Origin: an uncultured Gammaproteobacteria bacterium
Lineage (GTDB): Bacteria > Patescibacteriota > Patescibacteriia > 2-12-FULL-57-11
Assembly (NCBI GenBank): GCA_964648865.1
Contig: CAZYLV010000002.1
Location: forward strand, 79,272-143,271
Reading direction: 5' to 3'
DNA length: 64,000 bases
Shown: positions 46,459 through 54,835 of the stretch, one piece after another
Numbering within the stretch: position 1 is the stretch's first letter
Layout: every line of letters starts with the position of its first letter
Notes under the pieces: generated by a model
Database searches by the model: none
The model's input: the letters and a program-made list of their open reading frames with translations, nothing else
What the model was told of the DNA's origin: nothing
Program-made: the position numbers and the translations under genes

Positions 46459-47811
46459 ATGATGCGGACGATCGTGCGTCCGCTGCTTCCGTATGGCGGC
46501 CTGCTCATCGGCGTGGCGGCCGTCTCCGTGGTGACCCGCGAGGTGCCGGCCTTCCGGGGCTGGTTCGGTGGCGGCGAGGCCGGCATCCCGCTGGTCGTCG
46601 CCGTCATCTTCCTGCTCGGCTACTGGACCAACCGCCTTGCCCCCAAGACGACCATCCCGTCGTTCGTCTGGGCGATCTTCTTCGGCATGGCGCTGGAGCC
46701 GGCGCTCTCCACGCTCACCGGCGACCTCTCGGCCATCCGCGTGGTCATCGAGCTGTTGGCCGCCTTGGTGCTGTTCGGCGGCGGGGTCGAGGTGCCCTTC
46801 GCCAGCTTCAAGAAGTGGTTCGCGCCGATCGCGCTCCTGGCCATCCTGGGGGTGCTCTTCACGGCCTTCGGCTTCTCCTCGGCGCTCTCGCTCGTCGCTC
46901 CGGCGCTCGGTTTCGAGGTGCCGGTGGTCGCCGCCGTGCTGCTCGGCGCCATCCTCTCGTCGACCGACCCGACGGCCATCATCCCGTCGCTCAAGAAGCT
47001 GCGCTTCGTGCGTCCGTTCCTCAAGGACATCGCCGTCAGCGAGAGCGCGGTCAACGACGTCAGCGGCACCATCCTGACGCGCTTCCTGCTCGTGGGCGTG
47101 GCGGCGCTCGGCGCGGCCGGCGCCGGATCGGTCGCGGAGTGGTACGCGCCGCTGCTGCGCAAGGCCACGCTTGAGGCCTTCGCGCTGCAGGCGCTCTACG
47201 GCACGCTGGTCGGTCTCGTCGGGGCCTGGATGCTGCGGCGCTGGGCGGAGCGCGCCGCCAAGGAAGAGCATGCCAAGAGCGACCCGGCGCTGTTCCTCTC
47301 GGTGCCCATCCTGATGTACGCGGCGGGCAGCATCGTCGGCGGTTCCGGGTTCCTGGCGGCCTTCGTCGCTGGCCTGCTGTTCGACGCCCAGAGTCCGACG
47401 CGCGAGGTGCGCCACTTCTTTGAGCGGACCGTCGACGGCTTCGTGAAGCCGGTCATCTTCATCCTGCTCGGCGCGTTGGTGCCGCTGCCGGCCCTGCTCG
47501 CCGTGCTGCCCTTGGGCGTCGTCGCGGCCGCCGTCTTCATGTTCGTCATCCGACCGCTGGTCATCTTCCTGACGCTGCTGCCCTGGACCTGGGGCCGCGG
47601 CGCGTTCCATCTCCAGGACCTGCTGTTCCTGTCTTTCGTCCGTGAGACCGGCGTCATCCCGGCGGTGCTGCTGGTCATCACCGCCTCAACCGGGCTCGTG
47701 GGCAGCGGGCTGGTCCTGGCCGTCGGCATGTGGGTCATCCTGCTGACGCTCGTCATCGAACCGCCGCTCACGCCGTGGGTGGCCAAGAGACTGGGCGTCG
47801 CACGCCCCTAG
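46459..47811 (+). CDS. Monovalent cation:proton antiporter (CPA1/NhaP-type Na+/H+ exchanger)
   Basis: ~12 TM helices. Motifs SSTDPTAIIPSL and SAVNDVSG match the conserved TDP and ND motifs of Na+/H+ exchangers. Alternative start at 46414. Confidence 0.65.
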   Translation: MMRTIVRPLLPYGGLLIGVAAVSVVTREVPAFRGWFGGGEAGIPLVVAVIFLLGYWTNRLAPKTTIPSFVWAIFFGMALEPALSTLTGDLSAIRVVIELLAALVLFGGGVEVPFASFKKWFAPIALLAILGVLFTAFGFSSALSLVAPALGFEVPVVAAVLLGAILSSTDPTAIIPSLKKLRFVRPFLKDIAVSESAVNDVSGTILTRFLLVGVAALGAAGAGSVAEWYAPLLRKATLEAFALQALYGTLVGLVGAWMLRRWAERAAKEEHAKSDPALFLSVPILMYAAGSIVGGSGFLAAFVAGLLFDAQSPTREVRHFFERTVDGFVKPVIFILLGALVPLPALLAVLPLGVVAAAVFMFVIRPLVIFLTLLPWTWGRGAFHLQDLLFLSFVRETGVIPAVLLVITASTGLVGSGLVLAVGMWVILLTLVIEPPLTPWVAKRLGVARP

Positions 47812-47821
47812 CCGCATCGCC

Positions 47822-48217
47822 ATGGCGTACTTCACGCATCTGCTCGACCAGACCCTCGGCAACGAGCGCTTCCGCACGGTGCTGCACACCGGGCGACGCA
47901 GCCAGCTGGTGCTGATGGCCATCCCGCCGGGAGGGGACATCGGCGAGGAGACGCACCCGCACGTCGAGCAGACCCTCTTCTTCATCTCCGGTTCGGCCGA
48001 GGCCGTGCTCGACGGCGAGGTCCGCAAGGTCATGGCCGGGGACGTGGTCGTCGTCTCGCCGGGCGTCCGTCACAACGTCCGTAACGTCGGCGCCATCCCG
48101 CTCAAGCTGTATACTGTCTATGTGCCGCCGAACCACATCGACGGCCGCGTCCATCGCACCAAGGCCGACGCCGAGGCCGATACGGAAGACGAAGCTTTCG
48201 GCGAGGCGGTGCGCTGA
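47822..48217 (+). CDS. Cupin-domain protein
   Basis: G-x5-HxH...E-x6-G...P-x-G-x2-H-x3-N pattern (EETHPHVEQTLFFISG...SPGVRHNVRN). Confidence 0.7.
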   Translation: MAYFTHLLDQTLGNERFRTVLHTGRRSQLVLMAIPPGGDIGEETHPHVEQTLFFISGSAEAVLDGEVRKVMAGDVVVVSPGVRHNVRNVGAIPLKLYTVYVPPNHIDGRVHRTKADAEADTEDEAFGEAVR

Positions 48218-48247
48218 TCCCCTCCGTTCACTCCTCATTGGACGACT

Positions 48248-49150
48248 ATGCATGACGTCATGCGCAAGGCCACGGGCGTGGCCACATCGCTGATCGTCAC
48301 CTTGTCGCTGGTGCATCCCACGCTGGCGCAGGAGGTGACCCTCTCGCTCACGGAAGAGGAAGCGGCCGAGGAACAGGTCGTGGCTGCGCCGACGGACGCA
48401 CCGCTCGTGCGCTTCGCCAAGCTCGACCGTTCCTGGGTGGTCTACCGCGAGTCCGACTCGCAGCAGATCTGGGCCATCGGCGCCGACGGCACCACCAAGC
48501 ACGAGATCCAGACGCTCGCCTTCTTCTCCGCCTTCGACGCCAACTACCTGGTGAAGCTGCTCAAGCCCGGCCGGCTCGACGGCCTGACCGTCGGCGCGCC
48601 CATCACCTCCGCGGACGGGCTCGACGAGGACGCCTACCGCAAGCGTCCCTTCCAGTGCCGGCTCGTGAAGGTCGCCGACCGCCCGGCCGTCTACGTGGTC
48701 TGCTTCGGCAAGCGCCGCGCCGTCGTCCATGAGGACGTCTTCCACCGCTTCGGCTGGGAGTTCCGCGACGTCGAGACCGTCCCGCAGGCCGAGCTCGACG
48801 GCTACACGGACGAGGGCGTCGTCACCGACGACACGGTCTTCGAGGAGGGCGTGGAGATCGAGGGTACCGAGGACCGGCAGCTGCGCGAACGCCTTACGAC
48901 GCGCCTCGACCTGCGCGGCAAGCGCGTCGTGCGCCAGCGGGTGGTGCGCGTCATCGGCCGGCCGGACCTCTACGTCATCACGCGCGACGGCCTGCGTCGC
49001 CGCATCCGCGACGTGGCCGCGCTGCGCCGTCTCGCCATCGACGTCGGCGAGGTCTCCGAGGTGACCGCCGACGAGCTGGCGGCCTTCCCGGAAGGCGAGC
49101 CGCTGACCGCCGAAAGCGACGACGACTTCCTGGAAGAGGAGGTCGAGTAG
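48248..49150 (+). CDS. Secreted hypothetical protein, acidic at both termini
   Basis: A signal peptide (SLIVTLSLVHPTLAQE) and no recognisable domain. Confidence 0.5.
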   Translation: MHDVMRKATGVATSLIVTLSLVHPTLAQEVTLSLTEEEAAEEQVVAAPTDAPLVRFAKLDRSWVVYRESDSQQIWAIGADGTTKHEIQTLAFFSAFDANYLVKLLKPGRLDGLTVGAPITSADGLDEDAYRKRPFQCRLVKVADRPAVYVVCFGKRRAVVHEDVFHRFGWEFRDVETVPQAELDGYTDEGVVTDDTVFEEGVEIEGTEDRQLRERLTTRLDLRGKRVVRQRVVRVIGRPDLYVITRDGLRRRIRDVAALRRLAIDVGEVSEVTADELAAFPEGEPLTAESDDDFLEEEVE

Positions 49151-49164
49151 GCATCGGACGCATG

Positions 49165-49200
49165 GCCCCCGGTCCGCACGGACCGGGGGCTTCCGTCTTT
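49165..49200 (+). terminator. Intrinsic terminator
   Basis: An 11-bp GC stem (GCCCCCGGTCC-GCAC-GGACCGGGGGC) followed by TTCCGTCTTT. Confidence 0.6.
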
Positions 49201-49240
49201 CCAGGACGGCGCGGATGCGCTAGGGTCGGCTCGGAGGTGA
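49189..49240 (+). promoter_or_regulatory. Promoter and leader, copy 1: TTTCCA-17nt-TAGGGT, then the RBS GGAGGTG, driving the Nudix gene
   Basis: A 52-nt segment, 51/52 identical to 49852-49903. It contains two small hairpins (CCGTC-TTTCCAG-GACGG and GCGC-GGAT-GCGC). Confidence 0.6.
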
Positions 49241-49243
49241 GGG

Positions 49244-49756
49244 ATGATTGAGGACGACACCGACGACGCGAACGTCTACAGGGACGCGCGGGGTGAGCGG
49301 CACATCAAGCCGGACGCCGAGCCCATCCACCCGCGGCCCTCGGGGTACGCCTGGATCATGGACCACGAGACGGGAGAGGTCCTGGTCGTGAAGCAGGTCT
49401 GGGGAAGGGTCTGGAGCCTTCCCGGCGGAGGCATCGACGAGGATGAGGTCGATCTCGACGGTGCCGTGCGCGAGTGCAGGGAGGAGACGGGGTACGATGT
49501 CCGTCTCGACGGCACGTGCGTCATCGCGATGCGGAACAACTTCTACGACGACGTGACCCCCGGGCGTGCGCCGCGCTACTGTGACGCGGTCGTCACCGTG
49601 TTCCGGGGGCGGATCGTCGGGGAGCGGCGTCCCGTCGAGGAGGTCCCCCCGTACGCGGTGGAGGAGGTCATCGAGATCGCTTGGAAGCGACCGGACGACT
49701 TGCGAGCGGATGGATGCGATCGCATCTTGCGGGCGGTTCTCGAGCGGATGCGCTGA
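49244..49756 (+). CDS. Nudix hydrolase
   Basis: Nudix box GGGIDEDEVDLDGAVRECREETGY. Confidence 0.8.
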   Translation: MIEDDTDDANVYRDARGERHIKPDAEPIHPRPSGYAWIMDHETGEVLVVKQVWGRVWSLPGGGIDEDEVDLDGAVRECREETGYDVRLDGTCVIAMRNNFYDDVTPGRAPRYCDAVVTVFRGRIVGERRPVEEVPPYAVEEVIEIAWKRPDDLRADGCDRILRAVLERMR

Positions 49757-49851
49757 GCATCGCGTCCCGTACGGTGACATGACAAGGCCTTCACGGACGT
49801 GTCGACCGCGGGCGTCGCAGAGCGGCGCCTTCTTTCTTTCTTGTGAGCGGC

Positions 49852-49903
49852 GCTTCCGTCTTTCCAGGACGGCGCGGATGCGCTAGGGTCGGCCCGGAGG
49901 TGT
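49852..49903 (+). promoter_or_regulatory. Promoter and leader, copy 2 (duplicate of 49189-49240), driving the NlpC/P60 gene
   Basis: The same -35, spacer, -10 and RBS, with a single T/C difference. Confidence 0.6.
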
Positions 49904-49904
49904 G

Positions 49905-50549
49905 ATGGAACAACCGGAACCGTTCCGTACGGTCCAGGGCCGGTGCGCCGTGGTGCTCGGGGAGCTGGCGCCGCGCGTCTCGATGGCCGCGGTCGCCGCG
50001 GCGCTCGCGGAGCATGGCTGCAGGATCCTGGAAGGGGAAGAGGCGACCGATCCCGTCGCCGAGGCGCGTGCGCTCCTGGGGCGGGCGACCTACCGGCGCG
50101 GCGCCAGGATGCGCGAGGCGCCCGAGACGGTGGACTGCTCATCGCTCGTCAAGTGGAGCTTCGGGCGCTGCGGCATCTCCTTGCCGCGCTTGAGCGTCCA
50201 GCAACGCCGCTGCGGCCGCCCGGTGCCGCCGGCCGCGCTCCGCGCCGGCGACCTGCTGTTCACGACCGGAGGGCGCAACTGGTACGAGCACGACCCCGCG
50301 GACGGCGTGGGCCACGTGTACCTCGCCACCGGCGCGGGCACGCTCCTGCACGCCGACCGCCGCGACAGGACGGTGGTCGAGGAACCGCTCGAGGAGGTCT
50401 TCGGGCGCTGCCCGGAGCGGCAGCTGCGTGGGTGCCGGCGCATCCTGCCGGACCGTCCCTGGCGCACGCTGGAGATCCCGGCCGAGCTGGAGATCGAGAG
50501 CGCCGACCATCTGCGCTGGAAGGTCCTGGCCTGGACCTGGCGAGGCTGA
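49905..50549 (+). CDS. NlpC/P60-family cysteine peptidase or amidase without a signal peptide (cytoplasmic)
   Basis: The catalytic-Cys region DCSSLVKW and the His region GHVYLATG. The N-terminus is not hydrophobic. Confidence 0.7.
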   Translation: MEQPEPFRTVQGRCAVVLGELAPRVSMAAVAAALAEHGCRILEGEEATDPVAEARALLGRATYRRGARMREAPETVDCSSLVKWSFGRCGISLPRLSVQQRRCGRPVPPAALRAGDLLFTTGGRNWYEHDPADGVGHVYLATGAGTLLHADRRDRTVVEEPLEEVFGRCPERQLRGCRRILPDRPWRTLEIPAELEIESADHLRWKVLAWTWRG

Positions 50550-50600
50550 GCCATGCTCGGCCTTTTTTCTTTTCCCGCGGCGACGTACCCTCAGAGGGCT

Positions 50601-51821
50601 ATGGCCGACCTCTTCGACCACAAATTGCGGAAGGAAACGGCCAGGACCGCGCCGCTGGCCGACCGCATGCGGCCGCAGTCGCTCGACGAGTTCGTCGGCC
50701 AGGAGCAGCTGGTCGGCGAGGGCGCCCCCATCCGTACGCTCATCGAGGCCGACGAGACGCCGTCGTTGCTGCTGTGGGGTCCGCCCGGATCGGGCAAGAC
50801 CACCCTGGCGCGCATCGTCGCCAAGATGACGCGCTCGACCTTCGTGCCGCTCTCGGCCGTGTCCTCGGGCATCGCCGACCTCAAGAAGGTCGTGGCCGAG
50901 GCCCAGGAGCGGCGCAAGCTCTTCGGGCTGCGGACCATCGTCTTCGTGGACGAGATCCACCGCTGGAACAAGGCCCAACAGGACGCGCTCCTGCCGCATG
51001 TCGAGGACGGCACGGTCACCCTCATCGGCGCGACCACCGAGAATCCCAGTTTCTCCGTGAACGCCGCCTTGCTCTCGCGTTGCCGTGTCTTCCTGCTGGA
51101 GATGCTGCGCACGGAGGACATCACGCGGCTGCTGCGGCGCGCCGTGGCCGACGCCGAGCGTGGCATCGGCGGTTGGGGCGTGGGCTTCACGGACGAGGCG
51201 CTCGCGTACCTGGCCGCCATCGCCAGCGGCGACGCCCGCAATGCCTTGTCGATGCTGGAGATCGCCGCATCCGCGGCCCGCAAGAAGCGGGGAGCGGGCG
51301 TGGTAGAATTGGACAAGGCCGCGGTCTCGGCTGCCGTGCAGAAGCGCCACCTCCTCTACGACAAGACCGGAGAGGAGCACTACAACATCATCTCCGCGCT
51401 GCATAAGACGATGCGCGCCTCGGACGCGGACGCCGCGCTCTACTGGCTCGGGCGGATGCTCGAGGCGGGGGAGGACCCGCTCTACGTGGCGCGTCGGCTG
51501 ATCCGCTTCGCCTCCGAGGACATCGGGCTGGCCGATCCGCAGGCGCTGGTCCAGGCCGTCGCGGCCTACGAGGCGAGCCGCAACATCGGCATGCCGGAGT
51601 GCACCGTGGTGCTCGCGCAATGCGTGGCGTACCTGGCCCGCGCGCCCAAGAGCCGCGCCGTGGACAGCGCCTACGCCGCCGTGAAGCGCGACATCGCCGA
51701 GCAGCCCAACGACCCGGTGCCGCTCCACCTGCGGAACGTCGAGCCCATCGGCCTGCAGGGCGAGAAGGAACGGCAATCGAACCTGCCCGAGAGGCTGAAG
51801 CACAGGAAATACCTGCAATGA
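50601..51821 (+). CDS. rarA: Replication-associated recombination protein A (AAA+ ATPase)
   Basis: Walker A LLLWGPPGSGKTTLA, Walker B IVFVDEIHRWNK, and the C-terminal MgsA helical and tetramerisation domain. Confidence 0.85.
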   Translation: MADLFDHKLRKETARTAPLADRMRPQSLDEFVGQEQLVGEGAPIRTLIEADETPSLLLWGPPGSGKTTLARIVAKMTRSTFVPLSAVSSGIADLKKVVAEAQERRKLFGLRTIVFVDEIHRWNKAQQDALLPHVEDGTVTLIGATTENPSFSVNAALLSRCRVFLLEMLRTEDITRLLRRAVADAERGIGGWGVGFTDEALAYLAAIASGDARNALSMLEIAASAARKKRGAGVVELDKAAVSAAVQKRHLLYDKTGEEHYNIISALHKTMRASDADAALYWLGRMLEAGEDPLYVARRLIRFASEDIGLADPQALVQAVAAYEASRNIGMPECTVVLAQCVAYLARAPKSRAVDSAYAAVKRDIAEQPNDPVPLHLRNVEPIGLQGEKERQSNLPERLKHRKYLQ

Positions 51822-53050
51822 AGAAGATCGTCGTCACCATTTCCGCGCTGGCCGCGACCGGCGCGCTCGCCGCCATCCTGCTGGCGCTGGGAATCACCAG
51901 CCCGGAGTTCGTGCTGGCGCGGGCGGCCAAGCGCGCGGCCGCGCTCCGGAGCGTGCGCGTGGAGGGCACGGTGACCGGCATCTACTCCACGTACTTCGAT
52001 GCCAGCTACCGTACGCACATCACGCCGCACCCGGAGACGGACGCCGAGGTCCTGGCGTTCATGGATCCCGGCGCCCGCTTGACGTTCCGGATGGACGCGG
52101 CCGGGGATCTCCTCACTCCGGATGTCGACGCTGAGGCCGTGAGCGGCGGACCCAAGCACGGGCCGATGCGCCTGCGTCTGCGGCGGGTGCTGCTCAAGAG
52201 CTTCGTCCGGTACGACGATGTGCCGACCGCGGATCGGCGCGGCCAGCCCGGCTATGTCGGCCAGTGGTTCTCCGTCGAACCGTTCCTGCTCGTCTCCTGG
52301 TTCAGCGGCAACGAGCCGCGCGTCTACATCCCGGCGCAGGATGAGGCGATCCGCACGGCATTCGGCCGGAATCGCATCTTCCAGCCCGACGGCCCCATGG
52401 CCACGCGTACCGTCGCTGGGCGGGAGGCCTGGGTCGTGCCGGTGCGCATCTCCGCCGAGGGGGTCGCGGCATTCCGGACGGCGGTCGCCGACGTTGCGGC
52501 GCAGGGCGACCCCGGTGCCGGCGACCTGGTCGGTGAGGTCCGTCATTTTCCGCGACTCGAGGATGCCGCCTGGCACGGGACGCTGACGGTGGACAAGCGC
52601 AGCTTCGACCTGCTCGCCGTGGCCCTGACCAATGTCCCGACGGACGCCTCACCCGGGCCGCAGGCCGCGACCCTGGCCTTGGCGTTCTCCAAGCACGATG
52701 AGCCGGTCGAGATCCTCATGCCGGAGAACGCCCGGCCCGTCGGCGCCCTCGACCCGCTCACACCACCCGCATTGGCTTCCGCCGGAACCGCGACGTCGAC
52801 GCCATCTGGTTCGGGTGCGGAAACCGCGCCCCTCCAGCCCGCAGCGGCGACCACCTCGACCCCGCAGACAGACGACACCGACGGCGACGGGCTGACCGAC
52901 GTGCTCGAGAATTTCTACGGCTCGGACCCGCGCAACCCGGACACCGACGGCGACGGCCGCGGCGACGGTGCCGAGGTCGAGGCCGGGGACGACCCGGCCG
53001 GCCCAGGCAAGCTCTTCCAGTTCGGTGCCGGAGCCACATCGACCCGCTAG
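51818..53050 (+). CDS. Membrane-anchored secreted protein with C-terminal thrombospondin-type-3-like calcium-binding repeats
   Basis: An N-terminal TM helix and the C-terminal TDDTDGDGLTDVLENFYGSDPRNPDTDGDGRGDG (DxDxDG repeats). Confidence 0.55.
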   Translation: MKKIVVTISALAATGALAAILLALGITSPEFVLARAAKRAAALRSVRVEGTVTGIYSTYFDASYRTHITPHPETDAEVLAFMDPGARLTFRMDAAGDLLTPDVDAEAVSGGPKHGPMRLRLRRVLLKSFVRYDDVPTADRRGQPGYVGQWFSVEPFLLVSWFSGNEPRVYIPAQDEAIRTAFGRNRIFQPDGPMATRTVAGREAWVVPVRISAEGVAAFRTAVADVAAQGDPGAGDLVGEVRHFPRLEDAAWHGTLTVDKRSFDLLAVALTNVPTDASPGPQAATLALAFSKHDEPVEILMPENARPVGALDPLTPPALASAGTATSTPSGSGAETAPLQPAAATTSTPQTDDTDGDGLTDVLENFYGSDPRNPDTDGDGRGDGAEVEAGDDPAGPGKLFQFGAGATSTR

Positions 53051-53051
53051 C

Positions 53052-54821
53052 ATGCTGCCGCGCGCCCGCCAACGCACCGACCGTGCCTCCATCCGCTCCC
53101 GCAAGGGACGCGGGCCGCTGTCGCGGTTCCTGCTGTTCCGGTACCTGCTCGGCGGCGTCGCGGCCTTCCTGGTGCTGCGGATGTCGGTGCTCCAGGTCAT
53201 CGAGAACGATTTCTACGAGGCGCTGGCCTCGGGCCAGCACGAGTTCTTCCAGCAGCTCTTCCCGGAGCGCGGCGACATCCTGCTGCGCGACCGCTTTGAG
53301 GAGAAGTACTACCCGGCGGCCACCAACCAGCAGCTGACCCTGATCTTCGCCGACACCCGTAGGGTCGAGGATCCGCGCACGGCAGCCGAGGCGCTGGCGC
53401 CGCTCGTCGGCCGCCCGCCGGAGGAGCTCCTGCCCATCCTCTCCAAGCCCGACGATCCCTACGAGCCGCTGCTGCATTACGCCTCGGACGCGCTGGTTGA
53501 GCAGGTGCGGGCGTTGGCGCTGCCGGGCATCGCCTTCGCTCCGGAGAAGGCGCGCGTCTACCCGGAGGCCGGGCTCGGCGGTCACCTGCTCGGCTTCCTC
53601 GGCTGGGACGAGACCGGCGCGCGCAAGGGCCGCTACGGCCTGGAAGGGAAGTGGGACGCCGAGCTGGCCGGGAGCGTCGGCACGCTCAAGGCGGAGAAGG
53701 ACGTCGCCGGGCGCTGGATCGCGGTCACCGACCGCGAGTTCACGCCGGCCCAGGACGGCAGCACGCTGGTGCTCACCCTGGACCGCACCGTCCAGTACTT
53801 CGCCTGCCAGAAGATCCGCGAGGCCGTGCGCCGTCATGGCGCCGCGAGCGGGCAGCTCATCGTCATGGACCCCAAGACCGGCGCCATCCTGGCGATGTGC
53901 TCGGAGCCCGACTACGACCCCAACACCTACAATCAGGTGACCGACATCCGGGTCTTCGCCAACCCCACGGTCTCGGACGCGTGGGAGCCGGGCTCCATCA
54001 TGAAGCCCATCACCATGGCCGCGGCCATCAACGAGGGCGCGCTCGGCCCGCGCTCCACCTACACGGATGAGGGCTCCGTGAAGTTCGGACCGTTCACCAT
54101 CAAGAACAGCGACGGCAAGGCCCACGGCGTCGTCGACATGACCACGGTGCTCGAGGAGTCGCTCAACACCGGCGCCATCTACGCGCAGGAGCGCGTCGGG
54201 ATCGAGCGCTTCCGCGACTACCTCAAGAACTTCGGCTTCGGGGAGAGGACGGACGTCGGGCTGACCGGAGAGGCCGCGGGCGACCTGACCTCGCTGGATC
54301 GGCGCGGGCAGATCTATGCGGCCACGGCATCCTACGGCCAGGGCATCGCCGTGACGCCCATCCAGATGCTCCAGGCCTGGGGCGCGTTGGCCAACGGCGG
54401 CACCATGATGCGGCCGACGATCGTCGCCGAGATCCGCAGGCCGGACGGCACGGTGGAGCCGGTGCGGCCGACGCCCGTGCGGCAGGTGGTCTCGGAGCGT
54501 ACGGCCACGCTGCTGGGCGGCATGCTGGTGTCCGTGGTCGAGAACGGCCACGGCAAGAAGGCCGCCGTCCCCGGCTACCGGGTGGCCGGCAAGACGGGCA
54601 CCGCGCAGATCGCCCGCGCCGACGGACCAGGCTACGAGACCGACGCCACCATCGGCTCCTTCGTGGGTTACGCGCCGGTGGACGACCCCAAGTTCGTCAT
54701 GCTGGTGCGCATCGACCGCCCGCAGACCACGTCCTTCGCCGAGGCCACGGCCGCGCCGGTCTTCGGGGAGATGGCGGCGTTCCTCCTGCAGTACTTCGGC
54801 GTGCCTCCGGGGCGGCGGTAG
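53052..54821 (+). CDS. Penicillin-binding protein 2 / FtsI-type peptidoglycan D,D-transpeptidase
   Basis: An N-terminal TM helix and dimerisation domain, then SIMK (SxxK), SLN (SxN) and KTGTA (KTG). Confidence 0.85.
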   Translation: MLPRARQRTDRASIRSRKGRGPLSRFLLFRYLLGGVAAFLVLRMSVLQVIENDFYEALASGQHEFFQQLFPERGDILLRDRFEEKYYPAATNQQLTLIFADTRRVEDPRTAAEALAPLVGRPPEELLPILSKPDDPYEPLLHYASDALVEQVRALALPGIAFAPEKARVYPEAGLGGHLLGFLGWDETGARKGRYGLEGKWDAELAGSVGTLKAEKDVAGRWIAVTDREFTPAQDGSTLVLTLDRTVQYFACQKIREAVRRHGAASGQLIVMDPKTGAILAMCSEPDYDPNTYNQVTDIRVFANPTVSDAWEPGSIMKPITMAAAINEGALGPRSTYTDEGSVKFGPFTIKNSDGKAHGVVDMTTVLEESLNTGAIYAQERVGIERFRDYLKNFGFGERTDVGLTGEAAGDLTSLDRRGQIYAATASYGQGIAVTPIQMLQAWGALANGGTMMRPTIVAEIRRPDGTVEPVRPTPVRQVVSERTATLLGGMLVSVVENGHGKKAAVPGYRVAGKTGTAQIARADGPGYETDATIGSFVGYAPVDDPKFVMLVRIDRPQTTSFAEATAAPVFGEMAAFLLQYFGVPPGRR

Positions 54822-54835
54822 GGTAGAATGGGCGC

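Noticed and set aside
50549-50600. A possible terminator after the NlpC/P60 gene (GGCCTTTTTTCTTTTCC)
   Set aside because: A T-run is present, but the preceding stem (GAGC/GCTC) is only 4 bp. This is too weak to call, and rarA may be co-transcribed.
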